Positions 20,355 to 29,900 of a stretch of DNA of 64,000 bases are shown piece after piece; the stretch's first letter is position 1, and each line of letters opens with the position of its first letter. The stretch lies in contig CAVVPN010000011.1 in assembly GCA_963750165.1 (NCBI GenBank), positions 2,272,001 to 2,336,000 of the forward strand, given 5' to 3'. The DNA is from an uncultured Gemmataceae bacterium (GTDB taxonomy: Bacteria > Planctomycetota > Planctomycetia > Gemmatales > Gemmataceae). The notes below the pieces were generated by a model, which did no database searches, was not told the DNA's origin, and was given only the letters and a program-made list of their open reading frames with translations. Both the position numbers and the translations under genes were made by a program.

Positions 20355-20924
20355 ATGCCGATGACGCACCTGGAAGCTCTGGAAGTGCTGGCCGTCCACC
20401 GCGACCGCCACGTCGTCCTCACCACGCACGGCTCCATTGACCTGTGGACCGCGTTGTCGGACACGCCGCTGGACCTCGCCTACGTCCCGGCGTCGATGGG
20501 CCAGGCTCCGGGCCTGGGGCTGGGTCTGGCGCTGGCGCGGCCGGGTCTGGGCGTCGTGGTGGTCTGCGGCGACGGCCATCTGCTCATGAACCTCGGCTGC
20601 CTGGTCACGCTGGCCAGCCATCCGGCCGACGTGTATTTGCTGGTCGTGGACAACGGCGTCTATGAAGTGACCGGCGGCCAGCCGACCCCCGGCTCCGGCC
20701 GCACCGACTTCGCCGGCCTGGCGCGGGCGGCGGGCGTTCGGCGCGTGTATGCCTTCGATGCCCTGACAGCCTGGCAGCGGGGCGCCGCCGAGGCGCTGAC
20801 CGGGCGGGGGCCGGTGGTGGTCTGGCTGCGCGTGGCACCGCGGCCAGGTCAACGCGCGCCCACCACGGCGCGGCCAATGGCCGAGCAACTGGCCCGACTG
20901 CGGCAGGCGCTGGGGACTGGCTGA
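20355..20924 (+). CDS. Thiamine-pyrophosphate enzyme beta subunit (sulfopyruvate/phosphonopyruvate decarboxylase-like)
   Basis: ASMG..LGLALA..GDGHLLMNLG..DNGVYEVTGGQ. Confidence 0.82.
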   Translation: MPMTHLEALEVLAVHRDRHVVLTTHGSIDLWTALSDTPLDLAYVPASMGQAPGLGLGLALARPGLGVVVVCGDGHLLMNLGCLVTLASHPADVYLLVVDNGVYEVTGGQPTPGSGRTDFAGLARAAGVRRVYAFDALTAWQRGAAEALTGRGPVVVWLRVAPRPGQRAPTTARPMAEQLARLRQALGTG

Positions 20925-21035
20925 AGCGCTTGCTCCGTTGATGATGGCCAGTCAGCAGTCGGTTTCCCGCATTCTCCCCGATCAAACTCTCTCGTAACGG
21001 CATCCTTGCCGAGTTAAACTCAATGTCACTCTCCG

Positions 21036-21102
21036 GGCGAGCGGCGCGGCGTCAGCCCGCCGGTCCAGGCGCTACCGGCGGGCTGACGCCGCGCCGCTCG
21101 CC
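21036..21102. repeat. GGCGAGCGG-family REP palindrome
   Basis: ggcgagcggcgcggcgtcagcccgccggt / accggcgggctgacgccgcgccgctcgcc. Confidence 0.85.
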
Positions 21103-21128
21103 AAGACATGAGCCACGCTGGGATCAGT

Positions 21129-21962
21129 ATGAAGCAGTATCTGGACCTGTTGCGACACGTGCTGGAGCGCGGGGTGCGCAAACCCACCCGTGCCAAACTC
21201 CTCTCGACCGGGGAGAACATTGACGCCCTGAGCGTCTTTGGCTATCAGATGCGCTTCGACCTGAACGAGGGGTTTCCGGCGGTCACGACCAAGAAGCTCG
21301 CGTTCAACGCCGTCGTTCACGAACTGCTCTGGTTCCTGAGTGGTTCGACCCGGGTCGCGGACTTGCGGAAACACAACGTCACCATCTGGGATGAATGGGA
21401 AAACGCGAACGGCGACGCCGGCCCGATTTATGGCAAACAGTGGCGCACCTGGGAGGCGCCGGACGGAAAGCAGATCGACCAGATCGCTTATTTGCTGGAG
21501 GGCATCCAGGCGGTCAAGCAGGATCCCACCGCCGCGGCAGGTCGCCGTCTGGTGATCTCGGCCTGGAACCCGGCTGACCTCCAGGCGATGTCCGTACCGG
21601 CCTGCCATACTCTTTGTCAATTCCTGCTCACGGAGGGCCGGTTGTCCTGCCAGCTCTACCAGCGCTCGGCGGATTCGTTCCTGGGCGTGCCGTTCAACAT
21701 CGCGAGCTACGCCCTGCTGACGCACCTGGTCGCGCACGTCAGCGGCGTAGGGGTCGGTGATTACATCCACACCTTCGGAGATGTGCATATCTATACCAAT
21801 CACCTGGAGCAGGTTGAGGAGCAGTTGCGGCGCCAGCCTTACCCGTTGCCGCGGCTGTGGATTGACCCTGCGATCAACGATCTGGACCATCTCGAGCGCC
21901 GACAAATCGCCTTGCTCGACTACCGACACCACCCGGCCCTGACCGGGGAGGTTGCGGTTTAG
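21129..21962 (+). CDS. thyA: Thymidylate synthase
   Basis: MKQYLDLL, TTKK, ELLWFL, GPIYGKQWR, PACH, YQRSADSFLGVPFNIASY. Confidence 0.96.
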   Translation: MKQYLDLLRHVLERGVRKPTRAKLLSTGENIDALSVFGYQMRFDLNEGFPAVTTKKLAFNAVVHELLWFLSGSTRVADLRKHNVTIWDEWENANGDAGPIYGKQWRTWEAPDGKQIDQIAYLLEGIQAVKQDPTAAAGRRLVISAWNPADLQAMSVPACHTLCQFLLTEGRLSCQLYQRSADSFLGVPFNIASYALLTHLVAHVSGVGVGDYIHTFGDVHIYTNHLEQVEEQLRRQPYPLPRLWIDPAINDLDHLERRQIALLDYRHHPALTGEVAV

Positions 21963-21971
21963 GGATGCCGC

Positions 21972-22490
21972 ATGCTCGTTTCCATCATTGCCGCAATGGA
22001 CCGCCGCGGGCTGATCGGTACTGAGGCTGGCCTGCCCTGGCAGCTGCCCCAGGACCTCCGGCGCTTCCGGGCGCTCACCTGGGGCAAGCCGGTCATCATG
22101 GGCCGCAGGACATTCGAGTCGATCGGCAGGCTGCTCCCGGGGCGTCTCAACATCATCCTCACCCAGCAGCCCGAGTATCACGTCCCGGGTGGTCGCATCG
22201 CCCGCACCCTTCAGGAAGCCCTGGCCATCGCCGCCGACTACCTCACCGGGGCAGGCGGCGACGAGGCCATGATCATCGGTGGCGGCCGGGTCTACGCGCA
22301 AGCCATTCCTCACTGCGACCGCTGTTACCTCACGATCGTCGCGGGGCACTTCCAGGGCAGCACCTATTTCCCCCTTGAAGCGTTGCTGCGGCAGCGCTGG
22401 CGATTGGTCTGCGAGCCGGAAACACACCCCGCCGATGCGCAGAACCCGCACCCGCACTCCTTCTACTACATCGAACGCATCACGGATTGA
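21972..22490 (+). CDS. folA: Dihydrofolate reductase
   Basis: IIAAMD..IG..LPW..DLRRF..IMGRRTFESIGRLLPGR..IIGGG. Confidence 0.95.
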   Translation: MLVSIIAAMDRRGLIGTEAGLPWQLPQDLRRFRALTWGKPVIMGRRTFESIGRLLPGRLNIILTQQPEYHVPGGRIARTLQEALAIAADYLTGAGGDEAMIIGGGRVYAQAIPHCDRCYLTIVAGHFQGSTYFPLEALLRQRWRLVCEPETHPADAQNPHPHSFYYIERITD

Positions 22491-22503
22491 AGATAGTTTG
22501 ACT

Positions 22504-23301
22504 TCAGGCATTCCCCGCCCGGGCCAGCACGGCGACCACCACGCCCGCCGCGCCGGCATCGCGAAGGGTGCGGGCGCATTCGTGCATGGTGCTGCCAGTG
22601 GTCATCACGTCATCGACGAGCAGGACGGTGCGGCCCTGGAAGCCGGTGCGCGGGGCGACGCGGAAAGCCCCCTTGACGTTGAGGCGGCGGGCGGTGGGAG
22701 AGGCCTGGTGGTGTTGCACGGGGGTGTCGCGCCAGCGGCACAGACCGTGGGCCAGGCACGGCAACCGGAGGTGGTCGGCCAACGCATAGGCCAGCGCTTC
22801 ACTCTGGTTGTAGCCGCGCGACCAGCGTCGCCGCCAGTGCAGCGGCACGGGCACCACCAGGTCCGCGGCCAGCGCCCGCAACCGGTCCGCGACGTGCTCC
22901 ACGAAGAGGTCGCCAAGCACTTCCGCCAACCCTTCACCGGAGTGGTGCTTCAGGCGCAGCACCGCCCGGGACAGCAGATCACCTGTCGTGCGGTTCTCGT
23001 ACGGACCAAGGCGCCGAACCGCGGCGAAGGCGAAGTGTTCCCCGCGGCACTTCGGGCAGCCGTCGTCAGTATCGGTGCGTGGGCCGACATTGGCGGCGCA
23101 GCGCGGACAGGTCGCGAAGGGGTCGCTGGTCAGGGCGGACTGGCAAGGCTTGCAGAACGCGCCGGTTTCCTCGGGCATTGAGACGCCGCAGAGCCAGCAG
23201 ACACGCGGGTAGATCAATTCGACGAAGCCCTGGCCCAGGGCGCGGGCGGCGCTGACGAACCGGGCGGACCAGGGTGAAGGCGGTGGCGTGGAGGACGGCA
23301 T
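22504..23301 (-). CDS. comF: ComF family protein (double zinc ribbon + PRTase)
   Basis: CWLC..CKPC..CPRC..CPKC, VPVPLH..RGYNQS, LLVDDVMTTGST. Confidence 0.9.
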   Translation of the reverse strand: MPSSTPPPSPWSARFVSAARALGQGFVELIYPRVCWLCGVSMPEETGAFCKPCQSALTSDPFATCPRCAANVGPRTDTDDGCPKCRGEHFAFAAVRRLGPYENRTTGDLLSRAVLRLKHHSGEGLAEVLGDLFVEHVADRLRALAADLVVPVPLHWRRRWSRGYNQSEALAYALADHLRLPCLAHGLCRWRDTPVQHHQASPTARRLNVKGAFRVAPRTGFQGRTVLLVDDVMTTGSTMHECARTLRDAGAAGVVVAVLARAGNA

Positions 23302-23446
23302 AACGCCTCGAAAATCAGTCGGCGTTGGCGAGCGGCGCGGCGGAAAGAGCTGCCGAACTTGCTGAATACAACGCCCAGGGGCAGGAGAAATGGCGAGATT
23401 TGCCGGCCGAATTGCCGCAGAGAGGGATTTCAGAGGGCATAAGAAG

Positions 23447-23585
23447 AGTGTTCCTGGTGGGACGCACGGGTGCGGGCGATAGGCCACGGACCTAAACGGT
23501 AACGGGATTGGACTCCACCCCGGCACGAGGCCGGCCCTTTCCCGACTAACCTAAAGGGCACCGCTAGTGGCCCACCAGGGACACT
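23447..23585 (+). ncRNA. Probable 6S RNA-like long irregular hairpin
   Basis: Closing stem agtgttcctggtggg / cccaccagggacact (U-G wobble only on +); inner ggtgc/gcacc and cggga/tcccg stems flank a central bubble; intergenic. Confidence 0.5.
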
Positions 23586-23700
23586 TTCCAGAAGATACTC
23601 ATCCCCCAGCGCCGACACAAGACAACTCTCACCGAATCCCGGCCCATCCTGGTTTCCGCTGACAACCTGCACCAGCATTGCCGAGAATGCCGGCCAGTCC

Positions 23701-25008
23701 TCACGCCCCAGTGGACGCCATCACTTGCTCCAGATCCTCCAGCAGCTTTTTGCCCAGTTGCGGATCCGTCATGTAAACATACGCCGCGTAGCCGCGCAAC
23801 CGCGCCGGCGTCTCGCCCTCCTGGAGCCCCCCGCCGTGCTTCAGATTGTGAATCGCGGCCCGCAGCTGCCGCTTCAGTTTGCGCGGCACGCGCGGCTCGC
23901 CCTGACCGTTGACCACCAACCCCGTGATTTTCTGGCGACCGCCTTTGCGCAGCACCCGCGTCTTGTCCTCGTTGAGCGTGAAGCCCTCGCTCTCGACGAT
24001 GCGCTTGACGAAGCCCAGCAATTTTCCCAGGAACGGCTTGCCCTTGTGCTCGGCCGGCAAGCTGAACGTCAGGTCGTCGGCGTAGCGGCTGTAGCGCCAG
24101 CCGAGCTTCCTGGCCAGCGACGCAATGCGGTTGTCCAGATGCAGGCAGAGCGTGTTCGTCAGTCCGGGACTGGTCGGCGCCCCCTGTGGCAGGCAGCGCG
24201 GCCCCAGGGCGATGTAGTACGTCTTGCCCTGGTGCTGTACGACCTCGCGCGGCGACTCCGTGCAGAGCAGCGCCAGCAGCGTCGCGATCTGTTCGCGGTA
24301 GCCGGCCTTGCGGAAGACGCCCTTGACGCGCGGCAGTGTTACCGTCGGGAAGAATGACTTGATGTCCATCTTGACGACGATTTTGGCGTCCGTGTGCCGG
24401 GTGGCGTTGGTCAGCGTGGACCGGCCCGCGAGGAAACCATGCACCGCCCCATGCACGAGCAGTTTTTCCACGATGTTGCGCAGGATCCAGCGCTGGGCCG
24501 CCTTCAGCTTCTTCATCGGCGCCCAGATCGGCCGTTCGCTGCCGTCGCGCTTGGGGATGGTGAAGCGGTAGTAATGGATGCGCGTCGCCGCCTCACGGTG
24601 GTACGCCAGCCAGCGCAGATGGCCGACCGACAGGCTCAGCGCCTCGGCCAGCTGCTGTGGCGTGTCCAGTGGCGGCAGTTCGTTCTCGGCGGCACGCTCC
24701 TCGGCGTGCGGCGCGTCCCATTTGTCCTTGCGGTTCGGCTCGTCGTTCCAGTAGATACCCTCGCCGAGGTGGACGATGTGGTTGGCCTTGTACGCGAGCC
24801 ACGTTTCCTTCTTGATCTTGCGGAGTTCTTCCGCCTCGGCGCGCAGCTGCTTCTTGTACTGCTCCAGCTCGCGCTCGGACATGCCGTCCGTCTCGCGGCG
24901 CTCGACAAGGTAGCCGCGCTCGCGCAGTTGCAGGTTGATGAACGCCTGCACGCCGCCGGCCTGGAGGATGTTGCGCCAGAGGGTGATCGGGTCGGTTTGC
25001 TTGGCCAT
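23701..25008 (-). CDS. Retron reverse transcriptase (Mx162/type XIII-like, N-terminally extended)
   Basis: Retron region X NATRH, KMDIKSFFP, LPQGAPTSP, YSRYADDLTFS, region Y ITGLVVN; start MAKQTD at 25008. Confidence 0.93.
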   Translation of the reverse strand: MAKQTDPITLWRNILQAGGVQAFINLQLRERGYLVERRETDGMSERELEQYKKQLRAEAEELRKIKKETWLAYKANHIVHLGEGIYWNDEPNRKDKWDAPHAEERAAENELPPLDTPQQLAEALSLSVGHLRWLAYHREAATRIHYYRFTIPKRDGSERPIWAPMKKLKAAQRWILRNIVEKLLVHGAVHGFLAGRSTLTNATRHTDAKIVVKMDIKSFFPTVTLPRVKGVFRKAGYREQIATLLALLCTESPREVVQHQGKTYYIALGPRCLPQGAPTSPGLTNTLCLHLDNRIASLARKLGWRYSRYADDLTFSLPAEHKGKPFLGKLLGFVKRIVESEGFTLNEDKTRVLRKGGRQKITGLVVNGQGEPRVPRKLKRQLRAAIHNLKHGGGLQEGETPARLRGYAAYVYMTDPQLGKKLLEDLEQVMASTGA

Positions 25009-25020
25009 GATTCGCTCTTC

Positions 25021-25085
25021 TCGTGGGGCAGACATTCCTCTCTGCCAATCATCAAGGACGGCAGAGAGGAATATCTGCCCCACGA
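25021..25085. repeat. REP palindrome filling the SWIM-RT intergenic gap
   Basis: tcgtggggcagacattcctctctgcc / ggcagagaggaatatctgccccacga. Confidence 0.82.
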
Positions 25086-25089
25086 CCAG

Positions 25090-26961
25090 TTACTCGGTGG
25101 TCGCGTCCAGGTAGCCGCGGGCGTGCAGGTCGGCGAGCCGGGCCTGGTACGCCGCCCGCGCCTCCTCCAGCGTCCCGAACTTCAGCCGCTGCAGCCGCGA
25201 CTCCTTGCCGGCCCGGCCCCAGCGCAGTTTCAGGCGCTGCTTCTCCAGCGACACCTGGAACACATCCTCGCCGGCCGCGTCGCGCTTGCTGAAGGTGCGC
25301 GTCTCCATCGTCACCTTGTCCAGGCTCGGCTTGCCGCGCTGCTGCTCCGCGTAGGCCAGCCGCAGCGCGATCAGGTGAGCGCACGGCCCCTGCTTCAGCC
25401 CCTGCTTGCGGTACAGCGCACACGTGCATTCCGCCTTGAGCACCTGGGCTTCGTCGCCCAGCAGCAGTTGCGGCCGGTACTCGCGCTTGTCCTCGTCCAC
25501 GGCGACCTTGCCGGTCAGCTCCAGGCCGGTGCCGGCGATGCGGTTCTCACTCGTGAGCTTGACCGCCCCGCGCCGCACCAGCAAATCATGGGCGACGCGC
25601 TCACGCTGGTTGCGGTACTCCAGCCGCTCCAGGTCCAGCGGCGCCTCGGACAGCGGACGTAAGCGATACACATCCTCCGCCACGTCGTACATGAGCTTGC
25701 CCTGCTGGCAGCCCAGTTGCAGTGCCTCGACCAGCGCCGCTCCCTTGAGGCCAGTCTTTTTGGACAGGGAATCAGCGTTGGCGAGCCAGACGCCGGCGAG
25801 GTGGGCGAGGATGGCTTCGAGCGGCTTGCTCGTCTGCGTCTTGCGCGGCAGCAGCAGGTCGAAGTTGATCGCCTGCGACCAGTTGGCGGCGGTGAAGCCG
25901 GTCAGGCCGACCGTCATGGAAAAATCCGCGGCGCGAAAGATCCAGAAGTTCGGCAGACCGTTGCCGAGCAGCCGCACGTCGATGGACTCGATCAGCGGTA
26001 GCAGACGCTGGAGCAGCAGCAGTCGGCGCCGTCCCCAGATGCGCACCACCTTCGGGCTCTTGCCCTTGAACGTGCCGAGGCTCGACGGCAGCACCAGCTC
26101 CCACGGCTCCAGCACCAGCCGCGGTTTTTCCGCGGGAATCAACTCGATACGGATACCGCGGCGCTTGCCCTTTTTGTCGCCGTGCATGCGCAGATGCCGC
26201 ATCAGGTTGTACAGATCGATGGGCGCCAGCGAAAATTCGTCCTGCGGCAGCGTCGCAGCGGACTGCACCTGCAAGAAACCGCGCAGCCAGGTGTCCGGGA
26301 CCTGAATCTTCTTCTCCAGGATTTCCTTGTGCGTCGCGTCCGGCGTTTTCATGGCGACCTGTTCGCGGCCGATGTGCAGCCGCGTCGCGCGGAAACTGCG
26401 CAGTTGCTGCACGCCCGCGAACAGCGCGGGGCTGAAGTCGATGTTGGTGGTGCCATGCGTCGGGCTGCCCGCCACGTCGAAGGTGCCGCCGCGGTCGAAG
26501 CTCAACTTGGCGTAGGTGCCCTCGTCCTTGCTAAAAACCTCGAAAATTACCTTGTCCGGGTGGACGGTGATGATCGGGTCGAGCATGACGAACGCCAGCG
26601 GGTCGTTGCGCAGCAGCCAGGAAAAATATGCCTGCTGCGCCTGCCAGGCCCCCTGGCCGAGCGACTCCTTGCGCATACGCTGGTAGGCCATGTACGCGGT
26701 GCGGTCCTTGGGCACGTAGCGGAAATCGCTGCCGACGACGGCGTAAAGCGCGGCCATCGCTTCACGGAAGCGCAGCGGCTTGCGGACGGCACCGTCGAAG
26801 CGCACCGGCTCGCGCTGCAGGTTGGCGAACAGGTCCAACTCAGTGCCGGCCTCCGTCGTCTCCAGGTGGCTGGCGCCGGCGTAGCTCAGGTGGAACGGCG
26901 TGCTCGGCGCCGGCTCCGGCGCGGCCGCCGGTTGCTCGACGGGTGTTTCTTCGGTGCTCAT
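25090..26961 (-). CDS. SWIM zinc finger + C-terminal WGR-like domain protein (retron accessory)
   Basis: AECTC..GPCAHL (CxC..CxH SWIM); LRWGRAG..F...EEARAAY..RGY (WGR); ATG overlaps the upstream stop (ATGA). Confidence 0.85.
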   Translation of the reverse strand: MSTEETPVEQPAAAPEPAPSTPFHLSYAGASHLETTEAGTELDLFANLQREPVRFDGAVRKPLRFREAMAALYAVVGSDFRYVPKDRTAYMAYQRMRKESLGQGAWQAQQAYFSWLLRNDPLAFVMLDPIITVHPDKVIFEVFSKDEGTYAKLSFDRGGTFDVAGSPTHGTTNIDFSPALFAGVQQLRSFRATRLHIGREQVAMKTPDATHKEILEKKIQVPDTWLRGFLQVQSAATLPQDEFSLAPIDLYNLMRHLRMHGDKKGKRRGIRIELIPAEKPRLVLEPWELVLPSSLGTFKGKSPKVVRIWGRRRLLLLQRLLPLIESIDVRLLGNGLPNFWIFRAADFSMTVGLTGFTAANWSQAINFDLLLPRKTQTSKPLEAILAHLAGVWLANADSLSKKTGLKGAALVEALQLGCQQGKLMYDVAEDVYRLRPLSEAPLDLERLEYRNQRERVAHDLLVRRGAVKLTSENRIAGTGLELTGKVAVDEDKREYRPQLLLGDEAQVLKAECTCALYRKQGLKQGPCAHLIALRLAYAEQQRGKPSLDKVTMETRTFSKRDAAGEDVFQVSLEKQRLKLRWGRAGKESRLQRLKFGTLEEARAAYQARLADLHARGYLDATTE

Positions 26962-29900
26962 GTTGTCTTGACCTCTCCGGCCGCCGTGGCCAGGCGCTGC
27001 CGCGCCCGCTTCAGGCGCCGCAGCGCCCGCCACGCGGCCTTGCGCAGCTCTTCCTCTTCCTTGTCGTTGCGGGCGACGGCCAGCAATTTTTGCTCGGCCG
27101 CCGCCTGCGGGATTTTCGCCAGCCCCTCGACCGCCCCGAGTCGCGTCGCCTCGGGCAGCTTCGGGTTCTCCGCCACCGCGGCCAACCCATCCACGTCCGC
27201 TTGCGCGACCAGGTGCGGCAGGGCGACGCCCTGGTAGTGGACCTGGCGGACGGCGGCGCGGAGCGTGTCGGTCTCGGCGGCGCCGTCGCGGAGCAGCAGG
27301 CGGTTGAAGCTGACGCGATCCGACAGAAGTTTTTCCGCGATTTTTTTGGCCCGCTCCGGGCTGTTGCGGCCGAGCGCGTCCGCGGCGACGGTGCGGATTT
27401 CCGGGTCGTTGCCCAGCGCCGCCTGCTCCAGCACGTCGAGCGTCGCGGCGTCCTTCGAGTCCGCCAGGGCCGTGACCGCTTCCAGCCGGATCGGGCGGTA
27501 CAGCGGGTCATCGGCCCCGGCGGCGGCCAGCGCGACGAGCCGGTCCTGCGCAACGCCGAGGCGGCCGGCGGCCCAGATCAGGCTCGTCAGGCACGGCGTC
27601 AACTGGTCGAGTTGCTGGCGGTCGCGCGGCAGGTTGTCCTTCGCGACCAGCCGCCGCCGTTCTTGCCACGCCGCGGCCCAGCGGTCCAGCGCCGCGGCCA
27701 CATCCTTGGCGGCGTCCTTCGCGGCGGAGCCGGCGCGGCCGAGCAGGTGGGCCGCCACCTGGACCGTTTTGGCGTTCTGGCTCGTCAGCGCCGCGCGGGC
27801 CTCCGCCAGCGGTGGCGGCGTGCGGTTGATGAGGGCGTTGGCGATGGCCGTGTGGACGAACTCGATGCCACTGGCCAGCAAGCGGAATAACTCGGCCGGC
27901 TCCCCGCGCTCGCAGGCGCGCTTCAGCACCTCATCGTAATCGTTCCCCTCGTTCGGGTTTCGTAGCAGGGCATAATCCGGCTCCAGCGCGTCTGGTCCCC
28001 ACAGCCGTCGAGCGCTGGTGAGCGCTGCCTCGACGGACATAGTGTCATCACTCTCCGACAACATCTTCAGCAGCAAGTCGCGGGTACTTGGTTCGTTGTT
28101 GTAGCCGAGTTGCTCGATGGCAAAATATACGGCATAGGTGGCCCAATCCTGGGTCTGTTCGCGGATCAGTTGCCAGGCGTCACGAGTGTTAAGCCAGCGC
28201 AATCCCTTGACTGCCGACCCCGCGAGAACGCTGTCGCTTTTGACCAAACGCGCCAGCAGCTTGAAGATCGCGTCCGCCTTGTCCGACCGGCCCAGGTGGC
28301 CGATGGCCTCCGCCGCCACGTCCTGCAGCGCGTGGCCCTCCTCGTTCGCCAGCCGCAGCAGCGTATCGACCGAGCGCACGTCCGCCAGTTCGCCCAGCGC
28401 CCGCAGCGCCCGCGCCCGCATTGGATGATCGGTCAGGAAGTCGATGCTCGCCAGCAGCACGTTCATGCCGTCGTTGCGGCCCGCCTTCGCCAGGCCCTCC
28501 GCGGCCAAAAACTGCGTCACCGGGTCCTTATGCGCCAGCGCCTTGACCAGCGACTCGGCCGGCCCGCCGCGCTTCCGCAGCCGCCAGCCGACCGCCTCTA
28601 CGAACGAGTGCCGAAACCGCTCGTCCGGGTGCGCCACCACCACCGCCAGGGCGGAATCGACCTCCTGGCCCAGCGCCCACCGCGCCGCCGGGATCAGCCG
28701 CGTGAGCAGGTCGCCAGCGCCGACTGTGAAGCAGCGGTCGATCAGTTGCGCCAGGAGGGCGTCGCGGCGCGGGTGCTGCTTTTCCAGCCATTCGCGGTCG
28801 GGCTTCTCGTCTTCGTAATCCTCAATGGGCTGATCGTGGCCGCTAACCAGCTGCAGCGCCTCGAACGCCTGCTTGCGCCACTTCGGCTGCTTCTCGAACA
28901 GTCCGAACAGCCGCGGCGCCACCTCCGGCCGGCGGAACCTGCCGACGGCCTGGAACAGCTCCGCGACCTGGGCGGTGCCGGCGGGGTCGTTCTCCAGGCG
29001 GTCGAGCAGGGCGTCCGGCGTGCGCGGGTCGCCGAGCGTCACCAGCGCCTTGATGGCCTGATTCTGGGTCGCGGCGTCCGGGGCGGTGTTCAGCAAGCTC
29101 ACCAGGGCGGCATACGCGGCGCTGTCCTTCTTGCCGGCCAGCTCCAGCGCGGCGCGGTTGCGGACGGGGCGGTAGCGCGAGTCCAGCGCCTGCCGCAGCG
29201 CCGCCTGGGCCGCCGGGTCTTTCTCGTACTCCGCGGCCAGCCACAGCACCGCCTGCTTGCGCACCTCGTCGTTGGCGGCCTCCAACGCGCGGGCCGCCAC
29301 CGGCGTCTGGCCCTGCCGCGCCACCAGCAACTTCGCCGCCTCCAGCGCCAGGTTGTCGCCGCGCGTCAGCATCACCTGTTCGATGACCTTGTCGCCCTGG
29401 CCGCCCTTCGCCGACGCGCCGAGCAACTCCAGCCCCTTGATGCCGAGGTCGGTGTGGCCCGCCTCCAGCGCCTCGGCGCCGAGCGCCGTGCCGTCCATTT
29501 TGAGCGTTTGCAGCTGCTCGAACGCCTGGAAGCGCACCGGCTGGTTGGGGTCGCCGAGCGCCTGCACGAACACCGGCACCGCGGCGCGGGCGTAGTGGGC
29601 GTCGGCGCCGGCCAGCGCCAGGATGCGGGCGAGCGCGGTCTGGCGGACGCGGATGACGAGGGCGGCGCGCTCCTGCCGGCCGGCGGCGCTGCCCTGCTCG
29701 CGCACCAGGCCGACGTAGGCGCCGAACGCCAGCTCCTGCAGCTGCTCGGGAGTGTACTGCGACGCGGGCGGCCGCTGCGCCTGCTGCCGCAGCGTGGCGA
29801 TCTCGTGGGCGAAGCGCTGCGTGTGCGCGGCCCAGGCGGCGTTCCAGGCGTGCGGCTCCTTCTCCTTCAGCGTCTGCAGCAAGGCGGCGGTGCGCGCCTT

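Noticed and set aside
23701..25008. Group II intron or DGR reverse transcriptase
   Set aside because: NAxxH and (I/V)TG retron signatures are present. There is no intron maturase/domain V, and I saw no TR/VR pair with adenine-specific differences.
25021..25085. RT-adjacent hairpin as the retron msr-msd
   Set aside because: Only 65 bp, a simple REP-type palindrome with no msr hairpins or a1/a2 plus branching G.
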